This document shows positions 37,113-50,150 of a stretch of DNA of 64,000 nucleotides, piece by piece; the first letter of the stretch is position 1; each line of letters starts with the position of its first letter. The stretch is from Vicugna vicugna (Eukaryota), in contig MU057930.1 of assembly GCA_013265495.1 (NCBI GenBank), positions 1,814,057-1,878,056 of the forward strand. The letters are read 5' to 3'. The notes under the pieces are model-generated. The model had not been told where the DNA came from. It did no database searches and saw nothing but the letters and a program-made list of their open reading frames with translations. A program made the position numbers and the translations under genes.

Positions 37113-39174
37113 CGTGTAAGTTTTATTTGTCTCAACATTCCATCCTAAAGTTTTGGGCATGAAGCAGAGCACCCAAGTCAAGTGAGTTGAAAGTCACTGC
37201 CGAATTTCGGACACCAAATTTGGGTGGACCATGCGTAAAGGTTTAGAGTGTCCATGAAGAAAACATGCACCACATAAAACAGAAAGAAGAGGCGACGATT
37301 TCAAATTTTCATTAGAGCGTTATTTTCTAGGATACGTTTGCTCTACTAGAGCACGCAAGATGGTGCCCTGGGTAGAGGTCTATGTTGATGAGATTTAGTT
37401 GTTACATTCTATTAAAAGGTAGCTAAGGCTTTAAGAATGTGTGCATGTGTGCGTGCGCACACAGGTGTGTAATTAAGGTGACGTTGACAAGGGCATTAAC
37501 AAGGGCCCTGGGAGCCCGCTTTTGGTATCTCGTGCTCAGCAGACACACGCTCCAGTGAGCATGCTGTATCCTGGAGGACACACGTCACTCTCTCGCGGAC
37601 GGAGGGTTTTAAAGGAACATCAGGATAACAAGGCCACGCAAATGTCACAGGTTCAATACGGCGATGCCTCAATGCCATGCATAAATCTGTGCTTGTTAAA
37701 CTCTTAAACTGCACCTCGCCTTGCAAGCAACGGCCACCTTGAAGACGTAGCTTTGTCACAATGCTCATTGCCTAAAGACTAAAAAGAGTTTTGGGTTTTT
37801 TTTTTTTTTTAATATGCAGTCACATTGGTTTCTGTAAAGAGGGGATTTAACCTTTTGAGATGATATCATATAATTGCAACAGCTACAAATAATTACCAAT
37901 GAAATTCATGTTCATGCCGTGTTTTAGACAAATGTTCCCCATGTGGGCTGAGGAGTCATCACAGAATTGAATGGATGAGGGCATGGGGGCTCAGTGCGTC
38001 AGAGGACAAGTGATGCCCTCTGAGCTGACAGCTGGCCAAGTCTGGAGACACTCCTGGTTGCAACTCACTCTTGTGTGTAGCGGTCACGGATGCTGTGAAA
38101 CATCGTGCAATGACAACAGTGCCCATGGCGACAAGCCCTGGGTCTGAGGAAGAAACAGGTGGAAAAACCCAAATGGCCCCTGGCCTGACTCCATGCATCC
38201 CCTGTATGTAGCATCCCCATCTGACCACGGAAGCCCCAGCGTTCAGTGGTTTGGAATTTCACCTGAAACCTTTCCTCACCATCAAGCACCCTGTTAATTA
38301 TGCCAGTGGAGGGTACTCACCATGAAACAGAACTGTCTGTCTACACAAGGGAAGAACCGTTTCATGTCCTGCAGCCCAGGAAGAGGGTACGTTGCACACA
38401 CAAATCCTGATGCCACGGGACGGGTCTAGTTGACTCCAAACGGGGAGCCCATCCTGACTCAAGCTCGCCCTAGTGACCATTTGCACAGCGGAGGGGACAA
38501 CCAGCCACTAATCGAACACATTCAAAGCCTGTCACGGGGCACCCTCTTTTTTTGTGGATTGTCACGGTCAATTAACATTGGTCCTTCCCATTCTGAACCA
38601 GCCCCACTTCCTGCCTGTAACACACAGCCTCTCCCAGGGATCAGCGGCCAAGCTGCAGTTGGAAAAACGGAAACAATCATCTCATTATTTGAAATCACTG
38701 GCATCGAACACCCAGTGTGCAATGTGCCCTGATTAACTGTGAACCTTTAGCGTCTTCGGCTCAGAATTAACCTTTGCAATACGCATCTTTAAAAGAAATA
38801 CTAATGATGGGAAGAAACATCCCAGAACAACGATGGAATTTACAATGCAATTGGTTTTCTGTTTTCAAAAGGAAGGCTCGTGTGTCCCTAGACCCCCCAA
38901 ATGCCTCTTGTAGAAGAAATTCCTCATTACGTGAGGAATTTAAGGTCAAAGATGTTAATGTGCTGAGAGCCTCTGGCCACTTGATGTGAAAATCTCATAG
39001 ACAGAAGCCAGCACATACGGACATGAGTGTGTCATCGGACCAAAAACAAAACATTTCAGAAACGTTTTGGCTAAAACCAACCATTTCTGCTCCAGCAAAA
39101 GCAAGTTTCCAAACCAAGTTATTTAAAAAAATTAATCTCTAAAATCACACGCTCGACTACTTATGTAAATACAT

Positions 39175-39318
39175 CACAGTGAAAAAGAATGTGACAATGA
39201 ATATGTATATATTCATGAATAACTGAAAAATTGTGCGCTACCCTGGAAATTGACGCAACATTGTAAACCGACTATAACTCAGTAAAATAAAATTAAAAAA
39301 CAAAAAAAGAAAAAAAAC
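39175..39318 (+). mobile_element. 5'-truncated L1 3' end
   Basis: cacagtgaaaaagaatgtgacaatgaatatgtat...gactataactcagtaaaataaaatt, the same subfamily as 20199-20575. Confidence 0.85.
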
Positions 39319-40859
39319 CAAAAACCCCCACAATTTCTAGTGAAAACTAAGAAGTACGCAATTATGAATTCTCTTTCATATTAGCATTTTGTAGATTGGC
39401 AAACATCAATACCAACAAATTCTAAAAACCATGTGCTTTCTTATGCTTATTAATAGTCCTGAATACCTTTAGTTTCTCTGTAAAAGGAAGCCAATGTTTA
39501 TCAATTAAAGGTTTAGTATTTTATTATCTCATTTGCATTTGATTTACTTAAAAGAATTTTTATGATACCAAGCTATTTTTTGCGGACAAATTTGTAACAG
39601 ATATAACAAAATCTTACTGATTTTGATTAAACCTAGGTATAACAGGAAGAAAAAAGGCTGAAATTAAAAACAAAAATCAAGTAAAATACATCTCAAGGAC
39701 GCTTCATTGTCCCCAAGCAGCTGGATTCCTACAAGGGAGGGAAAGACTCTGAACACTGGGGTCTGAGCTGTAAGTGCATTAACTAGACCTCGAATGGCTC
39801 ACTCATCTCTCACACACAGTTAGCTCATCTATTAATGATGGATTAATGGCATCCATCTCATAGGACGCGAGTCATACCACCGAAGCATCTACGGGGCATT
39901 TGGGACACTGCAAAGTCATATAAACACGTGAGCAAAGGTGATATAAGTAAATAAATGTATAAAACGCTGATTGTAAGGCATTTGTGCTTTGAGCCTCTGA
40001 AGCTGCGTAACACAGGACCTTGGAAGATTATCTCAGTTGGTTGCAGAAGAAAAAAATGCTGGTTACAATATGGCGGACGCTGGATGTAGACCCATGAGTG
40101 ACAACAAAGGAGAGCGTGGATTTTAAGATACACTTTTTTCTTCCGTTGAGAAAGGACTGTGTTGTCTACAAAGAGCCTTCCTCGCTCCTGAAGGTGCTGA
40201 TAACAAGCTAAAACTACAGCACAGTGTAAATAGAGGTGGTGAGCGGACCGTGTACACACGCTCTACAGAGACAGAGGGGCAAGTGATGCTTGAGGAACCA
40301 GCAGACTTTCCCCTAGTCCCACTGCCTCCCATGCCTCTGCCCCCCTTAGCACTGCTCCCTTTGAGATGCACCTTTTGAAAAGATTGGTCTAAATGGAGAA
40401 GGAAAGGCAAAAAGACTCAGGATACCAGGGGGATGAGGAAGAGCAAGGTGGAGAGGCCAAAAAAATCACGTCAATGGAAGCCAGAGAAAAGAGCGTTCTT
40501 AACACAGGTTGAATCTGGGAATGTAGTGGATAGAAATGGTTCAACGTGAAAAAGAAGAAAATCTGCCCCAATGGGGGAATACTAAATGTGGCCACTTTGC
40601 CATAAACACCAAAAGAAGATTTAAAAGACAAGGCTTCGACGAGGATTATGAAATATTGAATAAATAAACACTAATTGGGTATGGATATTTCAGAAGAGAC
40701 AGATTAAGTAATAATATTAGGACGCTGGTTCATCCAATTTTGTCGTGTCATTTTCAGATATTATAAAATTTAAGATGCATTACTAGTTTAATTTCATTAT
40801 CATCAGCAAGATTATGTCTGAGAATTGCAGTCTTAGTGTATGGTTACACTTTTAGATAG

Positions 40860-41050
40860 GAATAAAGATGTACCAAAAATGAGCAAGATTTCTACACGGA
40901 AAATGACAAATATTGCCCCTCCTAAAATGAAGAAGATTCATATAGAGAGCTAAATCATGCTCATGGATTGGATAACTCGACAGTCTAAAGTCAGATTGTT
41001 TATACGTTTATCACCAATTTAATTAAAAATCCCCAAATCCCATTTCTTTG
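40860..41050 (+). mobile_element. Ancient L1 ORF2 fragment
   Basis: gcaagatttctacacggaaaatgacaaa...catgctcatggattgga...ttaaaaatcccc (DLYTEN...CSWIG-like). Confidence 0.6.
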
Positions 41051-41119
41051 TTAAAAATAATACACGTTCTCTCAATCTGTATGGTCTTACAAAAACTTTA
41101 CTGAACATATTTCTAATGT

Positions 41120-41500
41120 TTTAAACTTAAGTTTGCTATGATCATGTTATTGTAAATTTCATTTTTCTAACGTGTTGAGTAGAGAAGTGAAACATTTTTG
41201 TCTCTGTTTAATCCTGGGACCTTGCTAAAATCACTTGGGTGTTTTAGCAGTTTGTGAAAGCCTGAGGAGTTTGCGCATAACAAAAGCATGTCATCTGCAC
41301 ATAAAGACAGTTCTTCTTTCCAAATACATATTCTTAATTCTTTTTTTTTTTAAACCTCCCTGCCCTGGTGAAGACCTCCAGTTAATTCATTGCTAAAGAC
41401 ACGTAGGGAGAGTGGACCTCCTTCTTCTGTTCCAGATTTTAAGACAAAACCAATGAAGAGTCTACAATTCTGTGTCTGTTGGCTGTTCTTTTGAAAATGC
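41120..41500 (-). mobile_element. Ancient L1 ORF2 RT-region fragment
   Basis: atgtcatctgcacataaagacagtt is antisense to the FADD-motif region, and ttctgttccagattttaag is antisense to the PLRSGTRQG region. Confidence 0.6.
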
Positions 41501-42067
41501 TCCTGGTAGCATGATAAAATGTGAGGAATACAACGACTTAAATCTAGCAAAACAGTCTTAAATGATCCTGCCGTGGTTGTAAAAACATGGAATTCCGGAC
41601 AGTCTCTCACCCTAACCCTAGCCAGCTAGCCTCTCTATGGGACCCCGAAGCAAACACAACCCCCAAAATGAGTTTAAAATGGTTTAACAAGCGGAGGGAG
41701 AAATAGTGAAAGACTGAAAAAAAAAAAAAAAAAAGAGAGAGAAACACAGTACACTCAGCTTTTATGGCAAACAGGTACCATGACCTGACGATACTCTAAA
41801 AGACGCCTTTAGCACATGTACTGTCCACCTGAATAATAATTTAAAAAAAAAAAAGATGTGCATCACCCTTCAGTTCAGAGGGCTCCCCACCGCCCCCCGC
41901 AGGATAGCTTAGCAATCACGAACAACTCAAATCAATTCAACCGCAGGCTTAAAACAAATGACCAAAGTCCTTAAATCAGAACTCTTCATGAGCGCTTCTG
42001 GAAGAATCAACACACAGCATCTCAAATCTGTGAGTGACAAGCTCTGATTGTTTGCAGTCTGACTTTG

Positions 42068-42353
42068 GGAAGAGAAAAAAAAGAAAGAGAAAAAAAAAGA
42101 AGGAAAGAAAGAAAGAAAGAAAGAGAGAGAAAAAAGAAAGAGGAGAGAGANNNNNNNNNNNNNNNNNNNNNNNNNNNNNNNNNNNNNNNNNNNNNNNNNN
42201 NNNNNNNNNNNNNNNNNNNNNNNNNNNNNNNNNNNNNNNNNNNNNNNNNNNNNNNNNNNNNNNNNNNNNNNNNNNNNNNNNNNNNNNNNNNNNNNNNNNN
42301 NNNNNNNNNNNNNNNNNNNNNNNNNNNNNNNNNNNNNNNNNNNNNNNAGAGAA

Positions 42354-42384
<31 letters not shown>

Positions 42385-42475
42385 AAGAGGGGAAGGGGAG
42401 GGGAGGGGAGGGGAGGGGAGGGAAGGGAAGGGAAGGGAAGGGAAGGGAACGGAAGGGAAGGGAAGAAGGAAAGAC
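42068..42475. repeat. Polypurine compound microsatellite (GAAA/GA/GGGGA/GGGAA) spanning an assembly gap
   Basis: A/G-only tracts on both sides of the Ns. Confidence 0.9.
42151..42347. other. Assembly gap (197 N)
   Basis: Run of n. Confidence 1.
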
Positions 42476-43166
42476 AGACCTCAACAGAACAGTGACGACT
42501 CAGTTAACTCTAACCTAAAATGTGGGAAGAAAAGAGACCAACAGGAAACTGGAAAAGCACGAGGAACTAGGAGAAGAGGACATGCATCTGAGAATCACAG
42601 ATGGAGCCCAGCAAAGCTCTTCTGATGGAGAATACAAACTCCCTAAGGCAAGGACCACTTTGTATTCATCTCTCCATCCCCAAAGTCTATCATTGGGTTA
42701 GATGGACGTGGACAACAACAACAACAATAAAAAAAAAAAAAGGTGATTCAAAGATTGGATATTATCACAGAAAACAGGACAGGAGTCCACAGAATCACAT
42801 TTGTGGGGCAGAATCAAAAGCGCATACTGCACGGCACACTTCACAGATCTTCCCCCATCTGCATTTCCATTTTTTCCTCTTGTCTAACCCCTTTGCACTT
42901 CAGCCAGACCTGTATCTTCAGATCTTGGATTATGCTAGCCCCCCCACCTCAACCCCAGGGCCTTTGCACATGCCAGTCCCGCTACCACCAGGATCTTCTT
43001 GCCCTAATAAGCCACCCTCACCCTTTGGTTTCCCTTTTGTTCTCATTGTCATCGGGGATCCTGCTGACAAGATCCCTGAAATGAGCCCCACCAGCAATGA
43101 AGACTTATTAGAGTTTGCAATTATCCTTAAGGGTACGTAGTTGGTCATTTTTCCTCCGCCGTTAGA

Positions 43167-43368
43167 CAAGAGTTTCTCAACCTCGTTGGGCACTGCTGAC
43201 ATTCTGGGTCAGGTAACTGTTTCTCGTGGGGGTGTGCTGAAGGACGTTCACGAGCTTCTCCAGCTTCTACCCACGAGCAGGAAGCCCCAGTCACGACAGT
43301 CCAAATTGTCCCAAGACGTTGCCACATGTCCCCTGGGGGGCAAAATCGCCCCTGATTGAGAATCGCTG
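43167..43368 (-). mobile_element. MER20 (hAT-Charlie DNA transposon)
   Basis: gtttctcaacctcg...gcactgctgacatt...gccacatgtcccctggggggcaaaatcgcccctgattgagaatcgctg is antisense MER20. Confidence 0.85.
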
Positions 43369-43796
43369 ATCTAGGGTGCAAGCTCCACTAACTTACAAAC
43401 GATGTCTGTTTTGCCCAAAGTTCTGTTTTCAGAGTGTCGTTCCGTGGGGAACACGCAGGAGGTGCTCAGGGCACTTTGGTGGGCACGTGAACCCACAGGC
43501 AGTAACTGTGGGTTAATTTCTGACCTGGTCACAGCTGGTGGGATATTCTGGGAGCGACAATTCAGATCAGCAGGTCTTACTCGTCCGTTTCTATCGAGGT
43601 CTGAGCACAAAAGTGGCTCTGAAGTGCATCCAGCAACGCCTCACTTGCGTCCTCTCACGACCTTCTTGTTGTCACCGTCATTCTGTCCTTCCTTCCTCTC
43701 TTTCTGAAGGCAAGACCCGTTTCTTCATTCTTTGGAGGGCTTCTCTCCGCAGGCATCCACCTTTCAAAACCTGATTGGGATAAGAAGCCTGCTGCC

Positions 43797-43916
43797 GGGG
43801 GCAGGGTGTAGCTCAGTGGTAGACTGCGTGCCCAGTATGCACGAGGTCCTGGGTTCAATTCCCAGTACTGACATAGAAAAAAAATTAAATAAAAATTTAA
43901 TTAACTACCCCCATAA

Positions 43917-43952
<36 letters not shown>

Positions 43953-43977
43953 CAAGCAAGCAAGCAAGCAAGCAAGC
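43797..43977 (+). mobile_element. tRNA-Ala-derived SINE with (GAAA)n(GCAA)n tail
   Basis: gggtgtagctcagtggtagactgcgtgcccagtatgcacgaggtcctgggttcaattcccagtac. Confidence 0.9.
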
Positions 43978-44578
43978 TGTGCTGGGCTGGACTGTATACA
44001 ACGGCAGGGTTGAACACACGCACATGGAGGAGGCACAGGACGCTGGGAAAACGTTCCGATGACCCTGTGATGCGGTTGATCTGAAGTCAAGACACTCGCC
44101 TTTGCTTACTTGTTGGGAATAAAATCCAGCATAGTCATCTTTTCTGGGCTTTTGCTTTCTCTACTGAATAAGGTGAGAGCATGTCCCCGCCTCGTTCAAC
44201 CACCGTCGGACAAAATGAAAGGCTGCCTGTGATTGGCCAAGTGCAAAGCATGTCGTTTCGGTTTTCTGAAAGCAAAGCCAGCAGGGTTTTCACTTCCATC
44301 ACGTCCTACCACCTGGGAGGGCTGAGTGCCAGAAACTGCAGCGTAATGTACGGATGCAGGTAAAGGTTCAGTGGGAGTGCAGTGGGGGAATTTATTCCTA
44401 ACCAGGACCAGTTGGCAATGGAATCTCATCTTATCTATCTATCTACTCAATAAGGGAAGAAAAGCATGAAAGAGAAATAGAACTTTCAAACTGTAAGGTT
44501 GATGTGCTTGTTAGACTGCACCCCCCCATGAAATCCGTCAGAAATGTAAGCTTATTTTAAAAGCCTGTATTCAAGAAT

Positions 44579-44890
44579 TAGATAGATACACAGATGGATG
44601 GACGGACGGGTGGATGGCTGGCTGGCTGGCTGGATAGATACATGGAAGGAAGAGGGATAGATGGATGGATAGACAGATAGAAAGACAGACAGACAGGTAG
44701 ATTAGATGGGTGGGTGGATGGATGGATGGACAGATAGATAAATAGATAGGTGGGTGGGTAGGTAGGTAGGTAGGTAGACGGATGGATGGATGGATGGATG
44801 GGTAGATAGGTAGATAGATGGGTGGATGGATGGATGGAAAGAATAGCTAAATGATAGACAGACAGGTGATAAACAGATATAGACAGAAAG
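44579..44890. repeat. (GATA/GGAT/GGTA/GGCT)n compound microsatellite
   Basis: About 300 bp of mixed tetranucleotide repeats. Confidence 0.95.
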
Positions 44891-45179
44891 CTAAAATACT
44901 ATTAATGACAATTAATGAGGCGAATGGAGAATTTAATTCCTGAGGGAGAATTTTAATTCTAATTATAATTAATAGCATCATTTATCCATTAATTTCAAAC
45001 AATTAGATTGCACGTACATATCCTCACAGTGTCCTCCAAGCTATGTGGATTTTGACTCAAATGTACCAAAGAGAAATAGATATAACAGACATCTCCCTAC
45101 ATAGACATGTAGATGGATGGATAGATGACAGAGAGGTAGAAATAGACACACACATACGTGTGCATGTGTTTGCAGGTCA

Positions 45180-45314
45180 GATTATATATATGCAAATGTG
45201 TAGAAACTTTTGCATATATTTGCATACATATAAGTATATATATAAATATATATGCATACATATAATTTATAAATTTAATATATATTTATATATATATAAA
45301 TATATACATATATA
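45180..45314. repeat. (TA)-rich low-complexity tract
   Basis: tatatataaatatatatgcatacatat... Confidence 0.85.
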
Positions 45315-47054
45315 GGATTGTATGTCTGTGTACAGTGTAACTCAGTTACTTAACCAAGACCTGCAACTCTTTGGCTCCTCTAAATGTAAAATACACTCGT
45401 CCACGTGTAGCCAGGCTACTTATTACAGAGGGAGGGCCGGGATATTTAGCCAAATCTGTTCGTAGGTACTTTGACCATCAACAAATCAGTCCGTTAACAG
45501 CACACAAGGGTCTGACTGTGTTCACAAGGAAGCTGCCCGGGAAAGTCGAGGACCTCCTGTTTTCGGAAATGATGAGGGCTTGGAAAAGACAGCGGTGGGG
45601 AAGTGGATGCTGGCCTCCACCGCGGCCGCTCAGAGGGTAAGAGTGGAGTCCGGGCGAGGGGAGGGACTGAGGGCCTGGCTGCAGGGAGAGGCCATCCGGA
45701 GAGACCAGCGTTCCCACCGACCTCCCTGCTCTACGCGTTTCCCGGGACCCGCGCAGCGACTGGCAGGTGGACCCCGGGACTCACCTGCAGGGGGAGGGGA
45801 GGTACAAAAACAGAGTGTATGGGGACGGAGGCACGAAAAAGACCCTCGCACACGGACCCAGCTAAATGGAGCTCCTGGGTGGATGGACAACGGTCGGGAT
45901 GGAAGCACCACGGTTAGACGTCCGTGCTGTTTAAACCGCCGTGATACTTCCTATGTGGGAGCAGCAACTGCGTGCACAAAACCAAATTATTTTAGACTCT
46001 TTCATCAATGTGATTCTATAAAACCTGCAAGCGTCTCTCTCCTTTTTATGGGACCTTCACGTGTAGCCTCGGATGGGTGTGTATCGATGTGTACAACCTA
46101 CAACATGGAATGAAATGTCTAAATGGGTGTCACTTAATGAAGTCAAACCAAAAACTGTGCCTCAAAAGAAGTCTTGCCTTAAACCTGTAGATTAGCATCT
46201 TTCAAATAGAAACATTGTAAGTGAACGAAGGTAAGTGCGTTCAATACCTTTCGGTATTAGAAGGTGTCGCCTCACCTGTTTTATTAAGTAAATTATGTAT
46301 TTTCTTAATGAATGCTATAATGCGGAAATTATCACCTTGCTCTAACGGCCACTGGTTTCCAGAACCATGCCTTGGAAGTCCATCTCGATAATTAAGCCGG
46401 GAGTTTAACTGACAAACAGGGCTCACGTCAAGACTCATCCTTCACCTCCTTTCAACACAAAGAAATGTCATTATTTTGATGGGAGCCAGTTTTGTTTTGT
46501 TTTTTTTCCCAGCTTTCATAATCTTCTATCAGTCTTTAGAGGTAAGGGAGGGAGGCAGTTAGATTGCCTGCCGTCTCTTGGAAATCAGTAAATATGACTA
46601 AAATTAGTGTGGGCACTGGGTGCATCCCAGGCTACGTTGCACACCTTCTGTCCACGTGACCACTGACCACCGAGATCTTGCACAATCTGGTCCCGCAGGT
46701 CCACCATTAGTGATCTGAAACCCCTGAGAACGAACGTGCTTTGGGGGAAGGAAGGGCATTGAGAATTTCTCCGTTTTTTTACATACATAACGCAACAGCC
46801 CTTAAAGAACCCAGGACATCGTTCCACAATCAAATTCACTGATAACGTTCGCAGCAAGATATCTAAATGTGGGAAGATAAAGACCGTCAGCTGCCACCAG
46901 TCAGGTCAGGTTTTGCCCCAGATGAGTTGTAAAATCATTCCCATGCTTTGATCTCGAATTGCCCATAAGGGGCTCTGGATGGGCGTACCTTCTGATCTCC
47001 TCCAGCCAGTCCTAAGACAAAACTACATGGAGAATCAGAAGCCCAGGGCTTAGA

Positions 47055-47725
47055 ATAAATGCAGAAGAGGGTGTGGAGAAAAGGGAACCCTCCTGCACTG
47101 TTTGGAGGAATGTAAATTGGTGAAACCACTATGGAGAACAGGATGGAGGTTCCTTAAAAATCTAAGAAGTAGACTTACCCTATGACCCAGCAATCCCACT
47201 CCTGGGTTTACATCCAGAGAAAACTCTAATTCGGAAAGTTACATGCACTCCACTGTGCATAGCAGCGCTATTTACAGTAGCCAAGACGTGGAAACAGCCT
47301 ACATGTCCATCCACAGATGACCGGATGGAGAAGTTATGGTCTATTTATATAATGGAATACTACGCAGCCATAAAAAAGTATGAAGTAATGCCATCTGTCT
47401 GCAGCAACATGGATGGACTTGGAGGCCATTATGCCAAGTGAAGTAAGTCACACAGAGAAAGAGAAATATTGTGTAGTATCACTTTTATGCGGACTCTAAA
47501 AAATACAACAAAGTAGAGAATAAAAGAAAGAAGCAGCAGACTGACAGAATGAGTGGTTACAGGCGGGGAGAGGGGACAGGGAGGGAGGGGCATTAAGGGG
47601 TAGGAGTAAGAAAAGAGTTTATGAAAAGAGATTATGGGATTATATGAATCATGTGTGTGAAACTTTTAAAAATTGTAAAGCACTGCAGAATTTAAAGAAT
47701 CTTTCATTCAGTAAGAAAAAATAAG
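47055..47725 (+). mobile_element. 5'-truncated L1 (ORF2 C-terminus plus a distinct 3'UTR subfamily)
   Basis: gagggtgtggagaaaagggaaccctcctgcactg...tatgacccagcaatcccactcctggg...aatggaatactac. The 3'UTR differs from the other L1 ends in the window. Confidence 0.92.
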
Positions 47726-48192
47726 AGAGACCAAAAAAATGAATTAAAATAAAGAACGAAGGAAACATAATGCTTAGTTGGAGAAATCCCTTTTCCATAC
47801 AATCAGACGCACTGGCTGAAGAATTTAATGTGTGAGTTTCACTGCCTGACTGTCCCTCCCTTTTCCTCTCTCAGGTCTGGACCAAAATTGTGCCTCCTCC
47901 AGGAAGCCCTGCAGGCTGCCTCCAAGATCCGATCAGATTCTGCTACGAGCTTCTCCCAAGCTCACTGTGGTTTTAAGCAGCATGAGACGAACCACATTTT
48001 GAACTAGTATTTATTCATTATCCGTCTTGCCTTTTAACAAGAGCTCTCATGCCTCGTGTATCACACCCACCCATGTTATAAACCTTCAGAAATGAAGTAA
48101 CACCTGGCTGTATACTGCACATGTGGGTCAGACCCCTGAATCACATAAAATACGGGGTGGCGGGAGGGGGAGACCAGTAGGAGGAAAGGAAG

Positions 48193-48223
<31 letters not shown>

Positions 48224-48235
48224 GAGACACACACA
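48193..48235. repeat. (CA)n microsatellite
   Basis: CA run with GA interruptions. Confidence 0.9.
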
Positions 48236-48849
48236 GAGGATGGGCTTCAACATGACATGAGTCGACCTTCATTATCATGGGAAACACGGACAGCTCTTAC
48301 TCTATTACTTGACGCCCTGATCCTAACTAACCACCACCACAACAAAATGTATGCACTGATTCATCGATTCATCCGTCTTTTAGATCTCCCTGATCTCCAA
48401 CTTTCTGGCCCATCAAGGATAAACCTGGACTTTCAAAGGCGGCTAATGTGCGTGGATGCACGCGCACGTTGGGTTTGTTCTGTGAGCAGTCTGGGTGAAA
48501 AACAACAAATCGTACAATGCCCAGACACTGTAGCTGATTCCTAGTATTTCTCATTTTTATTTTGTGCTTGCAAACCTTTTCCAGATCTGTGGGTTACAGG
48601 TCTCCTGATGCCAGCAATGACGCCCCAAAGGGGGAGGCTTCAGAAATCAGCCAGGTAAGTAGGTGCGGACTCCAGCATCCCCTGCTGGGTACCCACGTCT
48701 TGGAGCTTGAGAGATGCACTTCTGATGCACCAAAGGAAAACCAAACAGGTTCCGATGCAGGGCCGTGGCTGCCCGTCCCCTCTTGCCTCTCCCGCCCAGC
48801 CTCGTGGGAAAGTAAAGAGGCAGCCCCGGGGAGAAGACTAAAAGCCACT

Positions 48850-49360
48850 GGAGAATTACGCTCCCAGCTCTACTGGCAGGCAGATTTGTTCCTGAGATTT
48901 CTGGCGCGGTCGGAAGCTCTGTTTACGGGCGCAGAGCACGTCCTGGAAGAGCGAGCTGGAAGGATGGAGGGCAGGCGCAGTTTCCGGAGTCCCAGGGCAG
49001 CCGCAGGGCTCTCGCTGCGCGCCCAGGCCCGTGTGCCACCACAGCCCAGGCACAGGGGCACCCCGCCACGAACAGACAGGGCTTGCAGCAGGGCAGCTGG
49101 GGGCCTCCCTGTGCACAGAGCTGAGCCATCGGAGCCCTGGCTGTCCGGGAGGTCCCCTGCACCACTCACTGGCAGGGACCCCCGGCCGGTGGGGACTTCC
49201 TCGTGTGCTGAGGGCCACGGGCAAATTCGTTCTGAGCGAAGTTTACCGGTGGAGGACCACGGGAAGCACGCAGCCTTGCACAGCATCGACTTCAAAGCCG
49301 CGGGTCTCCCGAGGCAGGAAGCCTCACGACTACCAGTCTCACTGGGAACAGTGCGCTGGG
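48850..49360. promoter_or_regulatory. CpG-rich patch
   Basis: High GC and CpG content by eye. No linked gene. Confidence 0.3.
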
Positions 49361-49518
49361 GCTAAAACCCTGAAAATCTAGAACGAAAGAAATGCATTCA
49401 ATCCTGGAGATGCTTGTGACGTCCACCCGAGAGAACTGCGTGCCTTTGGGAGCCACGGTCCCGGAATCGTGGAGTGTCTCCCGGCAGGTGTGATTCCGAA
49501 TACAGACTTTGTGGGGCA

Positions 49519-49660
49519 GGGGGAGGCTGCAGCTCAGTGGTAGCCAGTCTGCTTAGCATGCACAAGGTGGGAGGGAGGGAGGAAGGAAGGAAGGAAGGAA
49601 GCTAATTACCCCCAAACTTTTTTTAAATTTTTAAATATAAATAAAAAATAAAACAGAAAA
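49519..49660 (+). mobile_element. tRNA-Ala-derived SINE with its internal part replaced by (GGAA)n
   Basis: ggggaggctgcagctcagtggtag...gcttagcatgcacaagg, then gggagggaggaaggaagg..., then ctaattaccccc and an A-rich tail. Confidence 0.8.
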
Positions 49661-50150
49661 CCATCACACATTGGGAATGATGATGAAAGGCAACGACAGA
49701 GAATGGTTAGATCTGAACCTCTGTATCGCCCATCCCTGAGTCTGTGCAGGGGGAGGACCCGCGGTGTGACTCAGAAGACGCACGTGCACCACTGAAGGTC
49801 ACCCCCCCAGGGCTGTGCTGGGGGGAAATGCAGGTCTCCCCCACCCTCCAAAAGTACAGCGCTCCACGGAAATCTTTCCTAAGCCGAAACGGCGTAGAAC
49901 AAAGATGCAAGTGCCTTAGGGCACATCTTGCTCAGGGATGCACATAATAAACTGAAATAAAGCGCAGGTGCTCACAGATACCATGTGAAGGAGACCAGGG
50001 CAGCGGGACGCTGAGATGCGGGGCTGTGGTTCCCTGGGAATGTGCTCGGGGGCGCCCCCAGGTTGCTGGGGTGCCTGCGGCCCCTATGCTCCCTGCAAAA
50101 CACGCTGGATGCCATTTTTGCTTTTCAACTTTTCTCTTAAGAGTGCGAAT

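Noticed and set aside
48562..49365. 267-aa ORF, and the overlapping ORFs at 2718-3419, 45580-46113 and 54586-55083
   Set aside because: They are open in several frames and on both strands because of high GC content. There is no recognisable domain, and the starts are mostly non-ATG.
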